64,000 nucleotides of DNA from Camelus dromedarius (taxonomy: Eukaryota), in the NCBI RefSeq assembly GCF_036321535.1, contig NC_087472.1, positions 90,832,001-90,896,000 on the forward strand. Reading direction: 5' to 3'. The position numbers and the translations under genes are program-made. This document shows, piece after piece, positions 38,001 through 50,895 of the stretch (positions are counted from its first letter, which is position 1; each line of letters starts with the position of its first letter). The notes under the pieces are model-generated. The model did no database searches. It saw nothing but the letters and a program-made list of their open reading frames with translations, and was not told the origin of the DNA.

Positions 38001-39269
38001 TTCTGTGCAACAATGGTCATAGTGTTTGTTTTGTTTTCTGTTCCAGTAATAACAAGTATACAATTTAACCAGTTTGCAAGTTACACTTTGCTTTTCAAGA
38101 CGTCTGAGCAATAGAAGTCACGCCTATTCTGAGGAGGACAGCCCTCTCATACACAGTCATGACCACCACCAGAGGGAGATCCGCTCACCCCTGTCCCTCT
38201 CGGCTTCTGCCCTAGGCGCAAAGGAGGCTAGGAAACTTAGTGGCAATGTCAGCTCCTCTAGGGAGAGGCTGTCTTTGCCTCCCACCAGGATTCACGGAGA
38301 GGAGTCCCTCAACAGCGTTCAGATACTGCTGGTCCCATGAAATGACAAAAGTCCACTAGGTATGACCTATTCCAGTGATTTGGGAAATAACAGGAAATGG
38401 TCGAGCTGATTTAAGAATGGTGTTAAATGGGTGTGGCACCTGATATGAATCACTAAGTTTTGGAGGATGGGGTGATGATGCCAACCTAAGTGACTACACT
38501 GAAAGATTTCCCTTGAAGTCCACATATACCAAGACTAATTTCCATTCTATTTAAGTGATCAGTTATCACCCCTGCCAGTCCCCGAACCTGCTTTTGTTTC
38601 AGACGCCCAGACTGGCTGTTTTGATGGCACTCAACTGGGTAATGGAGGGATCTTCAACACTTCAACCTGTCTGAGACAACTGTGCGTGGATGACTCTGAG
38701 GAGGGCATTTGGCTTTCCTGTCCACGCCTGGCACAGGCTGGAGGGAGGGAATTATTTCAGTTAAAAATTACAACGGATCGAGGTGGTGCAGTCTGTGCAC
38801 CAGCCAGCAGAATGTGTGTTTGGGGGAGATCTCCAAGACGCGTGGCTGCGTTCTGTGGAGCTGCAGCAGGATTTCCCTGAAACTGCAATGCTCTGATGGC
38901 AGAATGAATGCCAAGGCAGGCACTGGCACACTTGCAAAGACTCTGCCTTCAAAGTAAGTGTAGGAAGGACAAGAATCGAATTCTTTCCCACAGTAGCAAA
39001 GCCAGTAGAGTAGGAAGCACAAACACATTCTTTGTTGCTCCTTCAGCTGCAGAGCACTGTGATCTCACAGACTTACCTGACAGCAGACGTGCCGCACCAG
39101 GTGATGTGCGGAGCGCGTAAAGTCTGGGCGTGTTTCAGAGTGGCTTTCACATACAGAAAACATACGGACAATAACTTTAGCCTTAATTTCTACACATATA
39201 TATGTCTGTGTGCATATGTATGTGTTTTACATATATTCAGGATAAAGTTTTAGTTCATCCACAACTTTC

Positions 39270-40120
39270 TAAAATGACATTTTAAAATAATTCAAACTTA
39301 TAAAAAAGTTACAATAGTACAAAGAACCCTCACATAGACTTTACTCAGATTCAACAACTGTTTACATTTTGTCCCATTTACTTTCTCCTTCCACACCCTC
39401 CCCTCTCTCCCTCCCCCACCTCAGAGCTGACCCTTGAACGACAAAGGGGTGGAGTGCCCAATCCCATATATGCAGTTCCTCTGTGTCTGCCGTCCCCCAC
39501 GTTGTAGACTCAGCCAGCCTCAGATCATGTCACACCGTAGTATTCACAGTATTCACTGCGATTAAGTGGACCCATGCAGTTCAAACCCATGTTGTTCAAG
39601 GGTCAGCTGTAGTCTGTTTTATTCCTGGACCATCCTGAGAGTAAGTTTCTTACATCATGCCCCTTTATGCTAAAATACATCAGGTACGTTTCCTAAGAAC
39701 TGACATTCTCTTGCATAAACACATTACAATTAACAAAAATTTTTAAATTAACCTTATACAAAGCTGTCATGTACTCCACAGCCCATATTCAAATGCTGAC
39801 AACTGTGCAATGATTTTTTTTATAGTTATGTGTGTTTCCCTGGTCTGCTCTAGGATATAATTAGCGATTTAATGACATTTAGTCATGTCTCTTTACTCAC
39901 CTTTGCACTTATAGGATGTGCCTTAATTTGGGTTTGTGTGATGTGTCCACATGATTAGATTCAGGGTATGTGTTTTTGGCAGGAATAGGACATAAGCAAT
40001 AATGTGTCAGTACATCATAGCAGGAGGCATGTATATAATGGTGGTATGTCCCATTCTCAGTGATATTAACTTTTATCACTTGGTAAAGGTGGTATCTCCA
40101 GGTTTCTCCACTTTGTAAAC
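39270..40120 (-). mobile_element. L1MC-like 3' end containing a Tigger2/MER8-like MITE (~39424-39609)
   Basis: MITE inverted termini gagctgacccttgaac / gttcaagggtcagctg followed by TA. Flanks are antisense L1MC-type. Confidence 0.7.
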
Positions 40121-41775
40121 ATTTTTAAAGCCTAATTATTCTTAAATTTTTAGGTTCAACTAGAAATCTAATTTTCCTGTATATCCTGTAGATGACCTCT
40201 GTATAATAAGAACACTCCCTTTCTGAGAGTTCCAGTTCAACATGGCCACATAGGAGCCTCCTGAACTCACTTCCTCCCCCAGGCACACCAAATCTATCTA
40301 CAAATAGAACAATTCCCTCTGCAAGAAGCTCACAATCTATCCCACTCCTACACGTCAGGCAAATTAAGAAAAAAAAAAAAAACCACATGGAAACAAGTAG
40401 AAGAAGCTGAGACAGGGTGTCACCATAAACCTCACCCCCTGGCATGGAAACACACAACCAGATGGAACTCGCAACTACCAGTTTCTCCCTAAATAGAAAA
40501 GGGTTTGAATCCATTATCTGGAACCCTAATTTTTAAGAACTCTACCAGAGACACAGGCTCCCCAAATATCTAGCTTTGAAAGCCAACAAAGCTTATGTCC
40601 ATGAGACCTACAAGGCTATAGACTAAGAGACAGTCCTTAAAGGGCTCATGGCGGACTCACCATGGCTAACCCCCCAGGACACAGAGGCAGCAAACAGAAA
40701 CACCCAGTCTTTCTTTGAAAGAGGCCAATTTGCTTATCTTAGTAACTGTGGCCTGAGGGGCAGTATCCTAACTGAACACACATCTAGGAGCTGACTACAG
40801 CGCTCCCTGGAGACCCCGGGCACCACACTGGTGCTCTCCTGTGCCTCGCTCCAGGTCACTGGTATCTCCCAGAAAGGAGCTTGTGAACACATCTGGCACC
40901 TCAGTTTCTGTGGCTACAGCCCAGGGGCCAGTATCATTTGGTTATTTGGTTTGGTAGCCAGCGGGGGGTACACATCACTGTTGGGTTCCAGAAGAGTGTA
41001 ACAAACATAGAAACAGTTCTTAACCAGCCATCCCCTCAGGGCGTCGTGTGGAGGCAGCAGACAGAAATGCCCAGTCTTTCCCCGAAAGATGCCTACTTGC
41101 TTATCGCAACACCTACAGCCCGAGGAGTGGGCTTCTACTATAATGCGCATCAAAGTCAGCCCGCAATGCTCTCCACGGACCCCAGAGCCAGTGCACATTA
41201 TCTTCGTGCTCTCCTCTGCCTTGCTCCAGGCTGCCTGTACCTCCCAAAAAGGAGCTTGTGAACACGCCTGGTGCCCCGGTTTCTGAAGCTATTGCCCAGG
41301 GAATGCCCCTTGATTGCCTGGCTCCGGTGCCCAGTGGGGCTTACATTCACGGGTCCCACAAGATTGTAACAAAGAGAGAAGTAGTTCTTAACCAGCTATC
41401 CCCACCAAGGCACAGTGCAGAGGCAGCAAACAGAAACAACCACCTCCCAGTTTCACCCTGAAAGAGAGGGGTGACTATGATTCAGCCTGCTTCTAGATGC
41501 TGATCGAGATCCTCCCCTCTGGGATACTGACAGACCTTGGCACACCTTCAACTGCTAGGAGCCACTAAGAACAAAGAAGTCTGCTTTGATAATTGCAAAG
41601 GTTGGAGAGACAACCTAGAGCTGGGCAGGACGGAACAACAGTTTTGATCTCCCACACAGACCACTCCTTCCAGACTAGGAGAGGTGGCAGTTTTATCTAA
41701 TGCATGGATACCTACACAGAGAGTGCAGGAAAATTAAGAAACAGAGGAATATGTTCAAAATGAGTGAACAACTTA

Positions 41776-42087
41776 CGAGCATACCTCATTTCACTGTACT
41801 TCACTTCATCCCACTTCACAGAGATTATGTTTTTTTTTTTTCAAATTGAAAGTTTGTGGCAACCCCGCATTGTCAGATGCTGGCTAGCATTTTTTAGCAA
41901 TTAAGTTTTTTTTAAATTATATATATTGTTCAGACATAACAACGGACACTTAAAACACTACAGTATAGTGTAAACATAACTTCTATATGCCCTGAGAAAC
42001 CAAAAAATTCACCAGGCTCACTTTATTGCTATACTCCCTTTATTGCAGTTCTAAAACCAAACAGGAGATATCCCCAAGGTATGCCTA
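41776..42087. mobile_element. Tigger1-derived MITE inserted in L1 ORF1
   Basis: Inverted termini cgagcatacct / aggtatgccta, TA on both sides (41774-41775, 42088-42089), internal Tigger1 motifs (aaattgaaagtttgtggcaacccc; actacagtatagtgtaaacataactt). Confidence 0.85.
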
Positions 42088-43919
42088 TAAAACGCTAGAA
42101 AAGGCCTTAATAAAATGGAAATAAGTGATTTACCTGATAAAGAGTTCAAAATAACAGTCATAAAGATGCTCACAGACGTCAGGAAAACAATGCATGAACA
42201 AAGTGAGGATTTCAATGAAGAGAAGATATAAAAAAGTACCCAACAGAAATTATAAGAGCTAAAGAACACAATAACTGAACTAAGAAATTCAATAGAGGGG
42301 TTCAACAACAGACTAGATGAAGTGGGGAAAGGATCTGTGAACTTGAAGACACGCAATAAGAAAAAGAATAAAAAAGAGTGAAGACGGCTTAAGGGACATA
42401 TAGGACCATAAAGGGGATCAATATTTGCATTAGAGGAATGCTAGAAGAAAAGAGAGAGACAAAGGGGCAGAAAACTAATTTGAAGAAATAGTGGCTGAAA
42501 ACTTCCTTAATTTCAAGAAGGAAACAGATAATCAGACCTAGGAAGATGAGAGGGTTCCAAATAAAATGACTCCAAAGAGACTCAAACCAAGACACATTAT
42601 AATTAAAGAATCAAAAGTTAAAGGCAATGAGAGAATTATAAAAGCATCAACAGAAAAGCACTTTGTTACCTCCAAGGGACCTCCCCCATAAGACTGCCAG
42701 CAGGGTTTTTAGCAGAAACTTTGCAAACCCAAAAGGGACTTTTGTGATATAGTCAAAGAGCTAAAAACAAAACAAAACAAAACAAAAAGGCAACCAGAAT
42801 ACTCTATCCAGCAAAGTTGTCCTTCAGAATTGAAGGATAGTTTTCCAGAGAAGCAAAAGCTGAGGAGTTCAGCACCACTAGACCAGCCTTACAAGATATA
42901 TTAAAGGAACTTCTTTAAGCCAAAACAAAAGGGTGCCAATTAATAATAGGAAACTGCATAAAAGTATAAATCTCACTGGTAGAGGTAAATATATAGTTAA
43001 ATTCAGAACAATCGAATGCGCTAATGGCAATGGGTCAATCACTTATAAATCTAGTGTGTGTGAAGTTTAAAAGACAAAAAGTGGTAAAAATAACAATAAC
43101 TACAATAATTTGTTAATGGATACACAAGATAAAAAGATATAAATTGTGACATGAAAAACATAAAACATTGGGCAGTAGAGTAAGAATGTAGGGCTTTAGA
43201 ATGTGCTCAGACTTAAGTTGTTATCAACTTAAAATTGATTGTTATAAATATGTTATATGTCAGCCTCACGGTATCCACAAAGCAAAAATCTAAAGTAGAT
43301 ACACAAAAGATAAAGAAAAACAAATCTAAGTGTACTACAGAAAAGCATCAAATCATAAAGAGGGAGAAGTAAGGAACAAAGGAATCACAAAAAAGCCAGA
43401 AAACAAGGAACAAAATGGCAATACATTCATATCTATCAATAGTTCTCTAATCAAAACACATAGAGTGGCTGAATGCATTAAAAAAAAAACCCAACTATAC
43501 ACTTCTTAAAATAGACTCACTTCAGCTCTCAGGATACACATATTGAAAATGAAGGGATGGAAAAAGATATTCCATGCAAAGCAAATCCAAAAGACCGTAA
43601 AGGTAGCTATACTATATTAGACAAAATAAGACTTAAAGGCAAAGCTGTAACAAGAGACAAAGGTCATTATAATAAAGGGATCAATTCATCAAGAGTATAT
43701 AACAATTGTAAATATATACACATACAACATCAGAGCATCTAAATATATTAATCAAATACAAAAGACATGAAGAGAGTAACAGGCAACAATGCAGCAGTAG
43801 TAGGGGACTTTTAACACCCTACTCTCACCAATGGATAAATCACCCAGATAGAAAGATCAATAAGGAAACACTGGGCTTGAAACACACGTTATATCAGATG
43901 GACTTAGCAGGCATTTACA

Positions 43920-44196
43920 ACAAGTTTATATAGTATAGCACTGGGAACTAAATTCAATATCTTGTAGTGACATATGGTGAAAAAGAATATGAAAACAAGT
44001 ATATGTATGCTCATGTATGACTGAAGCATTATGCTGTACACCAGAAATTGACACATTGTAAACTGACTATACTTCAATAAATATATACATACACACACAC
44101 ATATGTGTGTATATGTGTCTGTGTGTGTATATATATACATATATATATGTATATATGTGTGTGTGTGTGTGTGTGTGTATATGAAACAAGAAAAAC
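43920..44196 (+). mobile_element. Short young L1 3' end nested in old L1 ORF2; tail converted to a compound TA/CA/TG microsatellite
   Basis: TSD CAGGCATTTACA (43908-43919) / CAGACATTTACA (44197-44208). Microsatellite ~44081-44182. Confidence 0.9.
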
Positions 44197-46557
44197 CAGA
44201 CATTTACAGAACATTCCATCCAAAAGCAGCAGCAGAGTACACATTTTTCTCAAGCATACATGGAACACTCTATGGATAGATCACAGGTTAGGCCACAAAA
44301 CAAGTCAATAAATTTAAGAATACTGAAATTATGTCAAGCGTCTTTTCTAATTATAATGCTCTTAAACTAGAAATTAATTCCAAGATAAAACTGAAAAATT
44401 CATATACATGTGGAGATTAAACAACATACAATGAACAAAGAAGAAATCAAAAGAGAAATATCTTGAGACAAATGAAAATGGAAACACAACATACCAAAAT
44501 ATATGGGATACATAAAAGCAGTTCTAAGGGGGGGGAGTTCATAGCCAGAAATGCCTACATCAAGTAACAAAGTTGTCAAAAAAAAAAAAAAAACAAAACT
44601 AAATTTACACCTCAAGGAACTAGAAAAAGAAGAACAAATGAAGCCCAAAGTTAGTAGAAGGAAAGTAACAAAGACCAGAATGGAAACAAGATGAAAAACA
44701 CAGTAGAAAACATCAATACAACTGAGAGCTGGTTTTTTGAGAAGATAAGCTAGAGTCACCAAGAAGAGAAGAGAGAAGACTCAAATAAAATTAGAAATGA
44801 AAGAAGAGACACTCCAACTAATCTCATAGAAATAGAAAGGATCATAAAAGACTACTATGAACAATTATCCACTAACTAACTGGACAACATAGAAGAAATG
44901 GATAAATTCCTAGAAACATTCCACCCACAAAGACTGAATCATGAAGAAATAGAAAATCTAGACAGATCAATTATTAGTAAGGAGATTTCATCAGTAATCA
45001 AAAACTTGCCAACAAACAAAAGTTCAGGACCAGATAACTTCACCTGTGAACTCTACCAAACATTTAAAGAAGAATACCAATCCTTCTCAAAGTCTTCCAA
45101 AAAACAGAAGAGGGAATACTTCCAAATTCATTTTATAAGGCCAGCATTAGGGTGATACCAAAACCAGACAAAGACACTACAAGAAAAAAAAATTACATGA
45201 CAATACCCATATGAACATAGATGTAAAAATCCTCAGCAAAATATTAGCAAACTGAATCCAACAATACACTAAAAGGATCATACAGCAGGATCAAGTGGGA
45301 TTTTTTTTCCACGGATGCAGAAGGGCTCAACATCCACTAATCAATGTGACAGACCACATTTTAAAAACAAAGAATAAAAACCATATAACTATGTCAATAG
45401 ATGCAGAAAAAGCATTTGAAAAAATTCAACATCCATTCATGATAAAAACTCTCAACAATGCAGGTATAGAGGGATCGCACCTCAACATAATAAAGGCCAC
45501 ACATGATAAGTCCACAGCTAACATGATACTCAACAATGAAAGAGTGAAAGCTTTTCCTCTATGATCAGAAACAAGACAAGGATGCCTACTCTCACCCCTT
45601 TTATTCAATATAGTACTGGAAGTCATACCCAGAGCATTAGGCAAGAAAAAGAAATGAAAGAAACTCAAACTGGACAGAAAGAAGTGACACTGTCTTTATT
45701 TGCAGATGACATGATATTAAATACAGACAACCCTAAAGACCTCACCAAAAAAAAAAAAAAATAGAATAAACAAATTCAGTAAAGTTGCAGCATATAAAAT
45801 CAATATACAAAAATATCTTGCATTTTACACACAAATAAACTATCAGAAAGAGGAATGAAGAAAATAATCCCATTTATAACTGCATCAAAAAGAATAAAAT
45901 ATGTATGAATGAATTTAACTAAGGTGGTGAAAGATCTGTGCACTGAAAACTCTAAGACATTGATGAAAGCAGTTGAACATGACACAAATAAATGGAAAGA
46001 TACTGTGTGCTCATGGATTAAAAAATTATTATTGTTAAAATGCACATACTACCCAAATCTATCGACAGATTCACTGCATTCCCCATCAAAATTTCAATGG
46101 CACTTTTCACAGAAATAGAATAAACAATCCAAAAATTTTTATGGAACCACAAAAGACCCTAAACAGCTAAAGCAATCTTGAGAAAGAAGAACAAAACTGG
46201 AGGCATCACGTGCCCTGGTGTCAAACTATATTACAAAGTTACAATAATCAAAACAGTATAGTATTGGCATGAAAACAGACACATAGAAAATGGGGCAGAA
46301 TATGGAGCCCAGAAATAAACTCACACATACATGGTCAATTATTTACAACAAAGGAACCAAGAATATACAACGGGAGAACAGTCTCTTTAATAAATGGTGC
46401 TGGGAAAACTGTATAGCCAAATACAAAAGAATGGACCACTATTTTACACCATACACAAAAATTAACTCAAAATATACTGAAGACTAGAATGTAAGACCTG
46501 AAACCATAAAACTCCGAGAAGAAAACATAGAGGGTAAGCTCCTTGAAACTCCTCTGG

Positions 46558-47457
46558 CAATGTTTTTTTTTTTAAATTTAACACCAAAAGCAAAGGCAAC
46601 AAAACCAAAAATAAACAAATGGGACTGTATCAAACTAAAAAGTTTCTTCACAGCAAAAGAAACCATTAACAAAAGGAAAAAATAACCTACAAAATGGGAG
46701 AAATATTTGCAAATCATGTAACTGTGACAAGTGATTAATAGTCAAAATAGACAAAGAACTTGCACAACTCAATAGCATGAAAAAAGTCCGATTTTAAAAT
46801 GGGCAGGAGATCTGAATAGACATTTTTCCAAAGAAGACACACACATGGCCAAAAGGTACGTGAAAAGGTGCCGAACATCACTAATCACTGGAAATGCACA
46901 TCAGAGCCACCATAAGCTAGCATCTCACACCTGTTAGGGTGACCATCATCAAAAACACAAGCAGTGGGGCTGGGCCAGGAAGAGAGCCACGCCCGGAAGC
47001 TGTTCTTCAGGGGAGGGTTTGAGGAGCTGGCAGCAGTGGTCTCCCAGGAGGAATTCTAGACACCTTGCTGCTGCTGGGAAGAGTGGTTGGGGCGGCAGGG
47101 CCTCGGGTCTGACTCTGCCACCCTGTGATGCTCACTGCATCCCAGCTCCTCCTCTCCTGACCCCTCTACCTGGACCTGCAGTTACTTCCCCCAGAACAGG
47201 GGAGTGAACTGCCCATCCGAGGGCCACACGCTCTCTGAAACTTTCTGATATCATACACTGAATGAACTGAGTCCAGTTTTCTTATATCATTCATTTTGAA
47301 ATCACATTTGTGAAAGCATACATTTTCAATCGGAACCTGAGACTCATCTCTGCAATTCATGACTATGCCAATTGCCACAAACATTTTAAGCACTTTAAAG
47401 AAACAAACACATGAATTATTCCTCAATTCAACAAAAAAGTATTAGAACTATGAGTTA
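46558..47457 (+). repeat. Copy B of the ~0.9 kb direct duplication (partner 16943-17838)
   Basis: See copy A. Here the L1 half is colinear with the upstream ORF2. Confidence 0.97.
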
Positions 47458-48609
47458 GGTTCACTTCACCATGTCTTTGTTGTACTCTAAACTTGCTAGG
47501 CTTTCAAAGACTTACCTGGTAAGGCAGGGCTTCTCAGTGGTGTAGTCCCAATGTGTTCCAGGAGTGTCGAGGTCTGACACCTTGCAGTTGGGGGTGGACA
47601 GATACAGCCTGTAACCTTCGCCTCCTGCAGTCAACCAAGAATGCCCTACAATTAAAAATCTATTTCTCTGTATGCCATGATGCGAAAATAGCTGGGAAAT
47701 ACTGCATGGAAGGAATACTTTTACCCTCACAAGACTTGAGGTTACTGGTTCAATTCCTGTCCGTAATAAAACTAAACATCCCAGGCATGTTGACAATTTT
47801 TATCAGTCAGGAATTGGTGGCTAAGATGGGTAACTCTTCTTACACCACAGGTGGAAAGGTATTCCATCCCCTTTTATAGTCGACATGATAGCAGGGGGAC
47901 TTCAAGCCATAGACGAAGTAAGTTTTTGCATACATTCCTCACACCCTGTGTTCCCGGGTTTGGCTCACCCCTTTACCTGGGTGGGTAACTGCCGGCCCCT
48001 ATACTAGGGCTCAGAGTCCTAGCTCACTGGCTTCACTCATGGTTTACACTGGTCATATTGACATAACATTAATAAAAACCCTTTCAATCTCAAAAATTCC
48101 TTGGTTAACAGAATAAATTAGCTGCTCATCCTAAGTATAACCAGGTTGCACCTGACTTCCTTCAACCACAAGCGTTTCTCTGCAGAGACTGGCATTTGGG
48201 CTGGGACGATTCTGCATTATGCAGGATTCTCCCTCCTTTTGCCATTCTCCCAGTCACTGTCATGGGAAGGCCACCTCAACACATCTCCAAAGGCCTCCTA
48301 GGGAAGCCGTAGACAAGTACTGGTCTCCTTCCAGCCTGAATACAGGCTGTATTCTTTTCACACTCTCCCTAACTGGCAGGCTCCGGCTCTTAGAAATGTT
48401 TTAATGGCATTAGCTCTTGCATACTTTTCCTATTTTGTCCAAGCCTCCAGTCACTTCTCTCAAGCAATTTAATAGCACCACCCCAGATGAAAACACTAAC
48501 CATCTGATAAAAGCCAGCAAATAAAGAAATGTTTTCCACGAGTAGAGAAAGGAGCTATTCTCATTTTTTGCATTCACTTAAAGGGAACAACTGGTCTCTC
48601 CGTGCATTT

Positions 48610-49055
48610 TCAGCTTGTCCTCGGGGCCAGGACACCCACGCCTCAGCTTCTGAGCCAATCGGCTGCCGATGGTGCACAGCTGTGTCCCTCTCTAGGCACT
48701 GCCTTCAGCTCCAGGGACCTGTCTTGCCCAAGGCACCACCACCTCTCACGGGGGAACAGCCTGGGCCAACAACTGGCTGTTGTAATGATACAAAGACCCA
48801 GTCCCCTTACCTCAGTTTGGGACAATTCAGAAGGGCCATCCCACCTCCAGTACACCCTGTGGGGTCTGCTGAAGCCTTAGCTGCAAGCACCTCACCGTTC
48901 AATTGCTCTGCCCCACCTCCCCTCCTCACTTCCTTCCGGGGTATTTCCCATGAGCACTCTCCAGTATACCCCCTGCAGGTGAGCAATCCCAGTCAACTGT
49001 CTGCAGATGAGTACTCCGTCTCAGAGGCTGTTTCCAGGGAGCCTCATCTAAAGCA
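48610..49055 (+). mobile_element. LTR16-like (ERVL) solo LTR
   Basis: ...cctcagtttgggacaattcagaagggccatcccacctccag... motif shared with 60215-60642. Confidence 0.7.
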
Positions 49056-49359
49056 TCACTGTTAGTCTGACTGGGAAAAAGTTGCAAAAGAGAAACCTAA
49101 GCCGTTCTACCTGTCTCTCCATCCCGCTGCCTACTACAGGCAGATTGGCCCTCTAGCCATCAGCCTAGGCTTTTTCACTCACTGCTGCATTCTTATTTTT
49201 CCAGGCTTCATCTGTCTGGGCATGTTTTACCCATCAGGATCTTTTCCTTCCTCTATACTGGGCTGAATCATCCTTTCTCCAAAGTTTACTCACTCAGGGT
49301 TGTTTCCACCAAAATGCTTGTGTGTGATGTGTATGTTTCTATTTTTCCAAAGTCCATCC

Positions 49360-50895
49360 CCCTGTGGCATGTATCAAGGCTCACTTCTTGCACCTCTTCT
49401 CTTAAATGTGTATGCTACCTTGGCGATTTCATTCAGTCTCAAGGTTATAAATACCTTCAATATGATGACGACTCCAGGATTTGTATCCCTAGCCGGAACT
49501 TCATCCATGAACTCCATATCTGTAGATCCATCTGCCTCCTCAACATCTCTACTTGGAGGTCTAGCAATCTTCAGTAATTTACCGTATCTAAAACTGAGCT
49601 CCATCATTACCCACTACCACCACTTCCCTGTCACGATCTAAAACATTTTCCCCCCCCTAGCCATTAATGGCCTCTCCATCCTTCCAGTTACTCAGGCCAA
49701 AAACTTTGTTTTTTGTTTGTTTTTTACTCAGGCCAAAAACTTCGAATTAACCCTTGACTCCTCCTTTCCTTTCATACTCACATCCATTCCATTAGCAAAT
49801 TCTACCGGCGCTCCCTTAAAAACCTATCTAGAATCTGCCCACTACTCCCCATCTCTGCTTCCACTCCTCCCCATCTCTGCTTCCACTCATCTGGTCTCAG
49901 ACGTCAAAATGACGCTGCTGAATCATTGCAATAGCTTTCAGCTGGTCTCCCAATTGCCACGCTTTCCTCCCTCGTTCCAACCTCAACACAGGGTTATCCT
50001 GTTAAGGTATAATCAGATATGGTCAGTCCTTGCCTTAAAACCCACAATGGTTGCCCCTCCCAGAGTAAAAGCAAAGTCCTTCCAGTGGCATACAAGGTTC
50101 TACACAACCTGACCTGAACCTCTCTGTCTCCATCCCTGCTCCCCTTTCTCCTCCTTCACTCTGCACACCACCCATCTTACTGCCACCTCACTGTTTCTCA
50201 GACATGCCAGCCAGTTCTGACCTCAAGGTCTCTGTGCTGGCTATTTTCTCTGCCCTATACGCTCAACTCCAGATGACTGTTTTGCTGGCTTTCTCACCTC
50301 CTTGAAGTCTTTCCTCAAAATACACTTTGTTGCAACAAATTTCTAGGCCAGAGATGGAGCCGCTCCTGCCTGGGGTGCCATGTCAGTAAACTGAAACGTA
50401 GATCACTTTGTGCCCCTGTGAATGCTCTGCTGGACCAGAAACGTGGTACATCCAGTCAGCCAACCCCTAGACGCCAAGCCAGCTCTGGGCTTGATGCTTA
50501 TTTCCTTATTCTTTATCCTGTAAAAGCTTCCTGCCTTCTGTCCCATTCTGCAGTTCCCTGGGCTCTTGGGAACGAGACTGCCTGCTTCATGAACTGTTAA
50601 AGTTTGCTTGTATCACCTCAATTATCTTCTTTAATCATTTTTAACAACCTTCTCAGTCAAACCTATTCTAGCCACTATTAGAATTGCAACCCCAAACACT
50701 GTCTTTCCCCGCTCTATCTCTCTGCATCACATTTATTACCAGCTGGCATCTTGTGATTCTTTACTTCTATATGTTGTGTATTATCTGTCTCCCCCAGCTG
50801 AAATCTTAAGTTTGTGAAGGATTTGCATCAGTTTTGTTCATTATGATGTCCCAGAGCACCAAGAACCCCTGGCACATAGAATGTGCTCCAAGTGA
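49360..50895 (+). mobile_element. L2 LINE (RT end and 3'UTR), interrupted by a solo LTR
   Basis: RT remnant (...YKYLQYDDDSRI...) and L2 3' end (...cctggcacatagaatgtgctccaa...). Confidence 0.8.
50328..50646 (+). mobile_element. Short (319 bp) solo LTR, probably ERV1 class
   Basis: TGTT...AACA termini, 4 bp TSD ACTT/ACCT, L2 sequence resumes colinearly on both sides. Confidence 0.7.

Larger units (their letters stand above)
40226..46961 (+). mobile_element. Old near-full-length L1 with tandemly repeated 5'UTR; 3' end missing
   Basis: 5'UTR 40226-~41730, degraded ORF1 to ~42920, ORF2 from ~43415 ([34 protein letters not shown]). Stops abruptly at ~46961 without 3'UTR or A-tail. Confidence 0.92.

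Noticed and set aside
48529..49065. 178 aa ORF
   Set aside because: Lies over a GC-rich LTR16-like element; no protein-like features.
49845..49888. 22 bp perfect tandem duplication (a similar ~21 bp one is at ~57666-57708)
   Set aside because: Two-copy slippage-type duplications with no spacers or array structure; not CRISPR-like.
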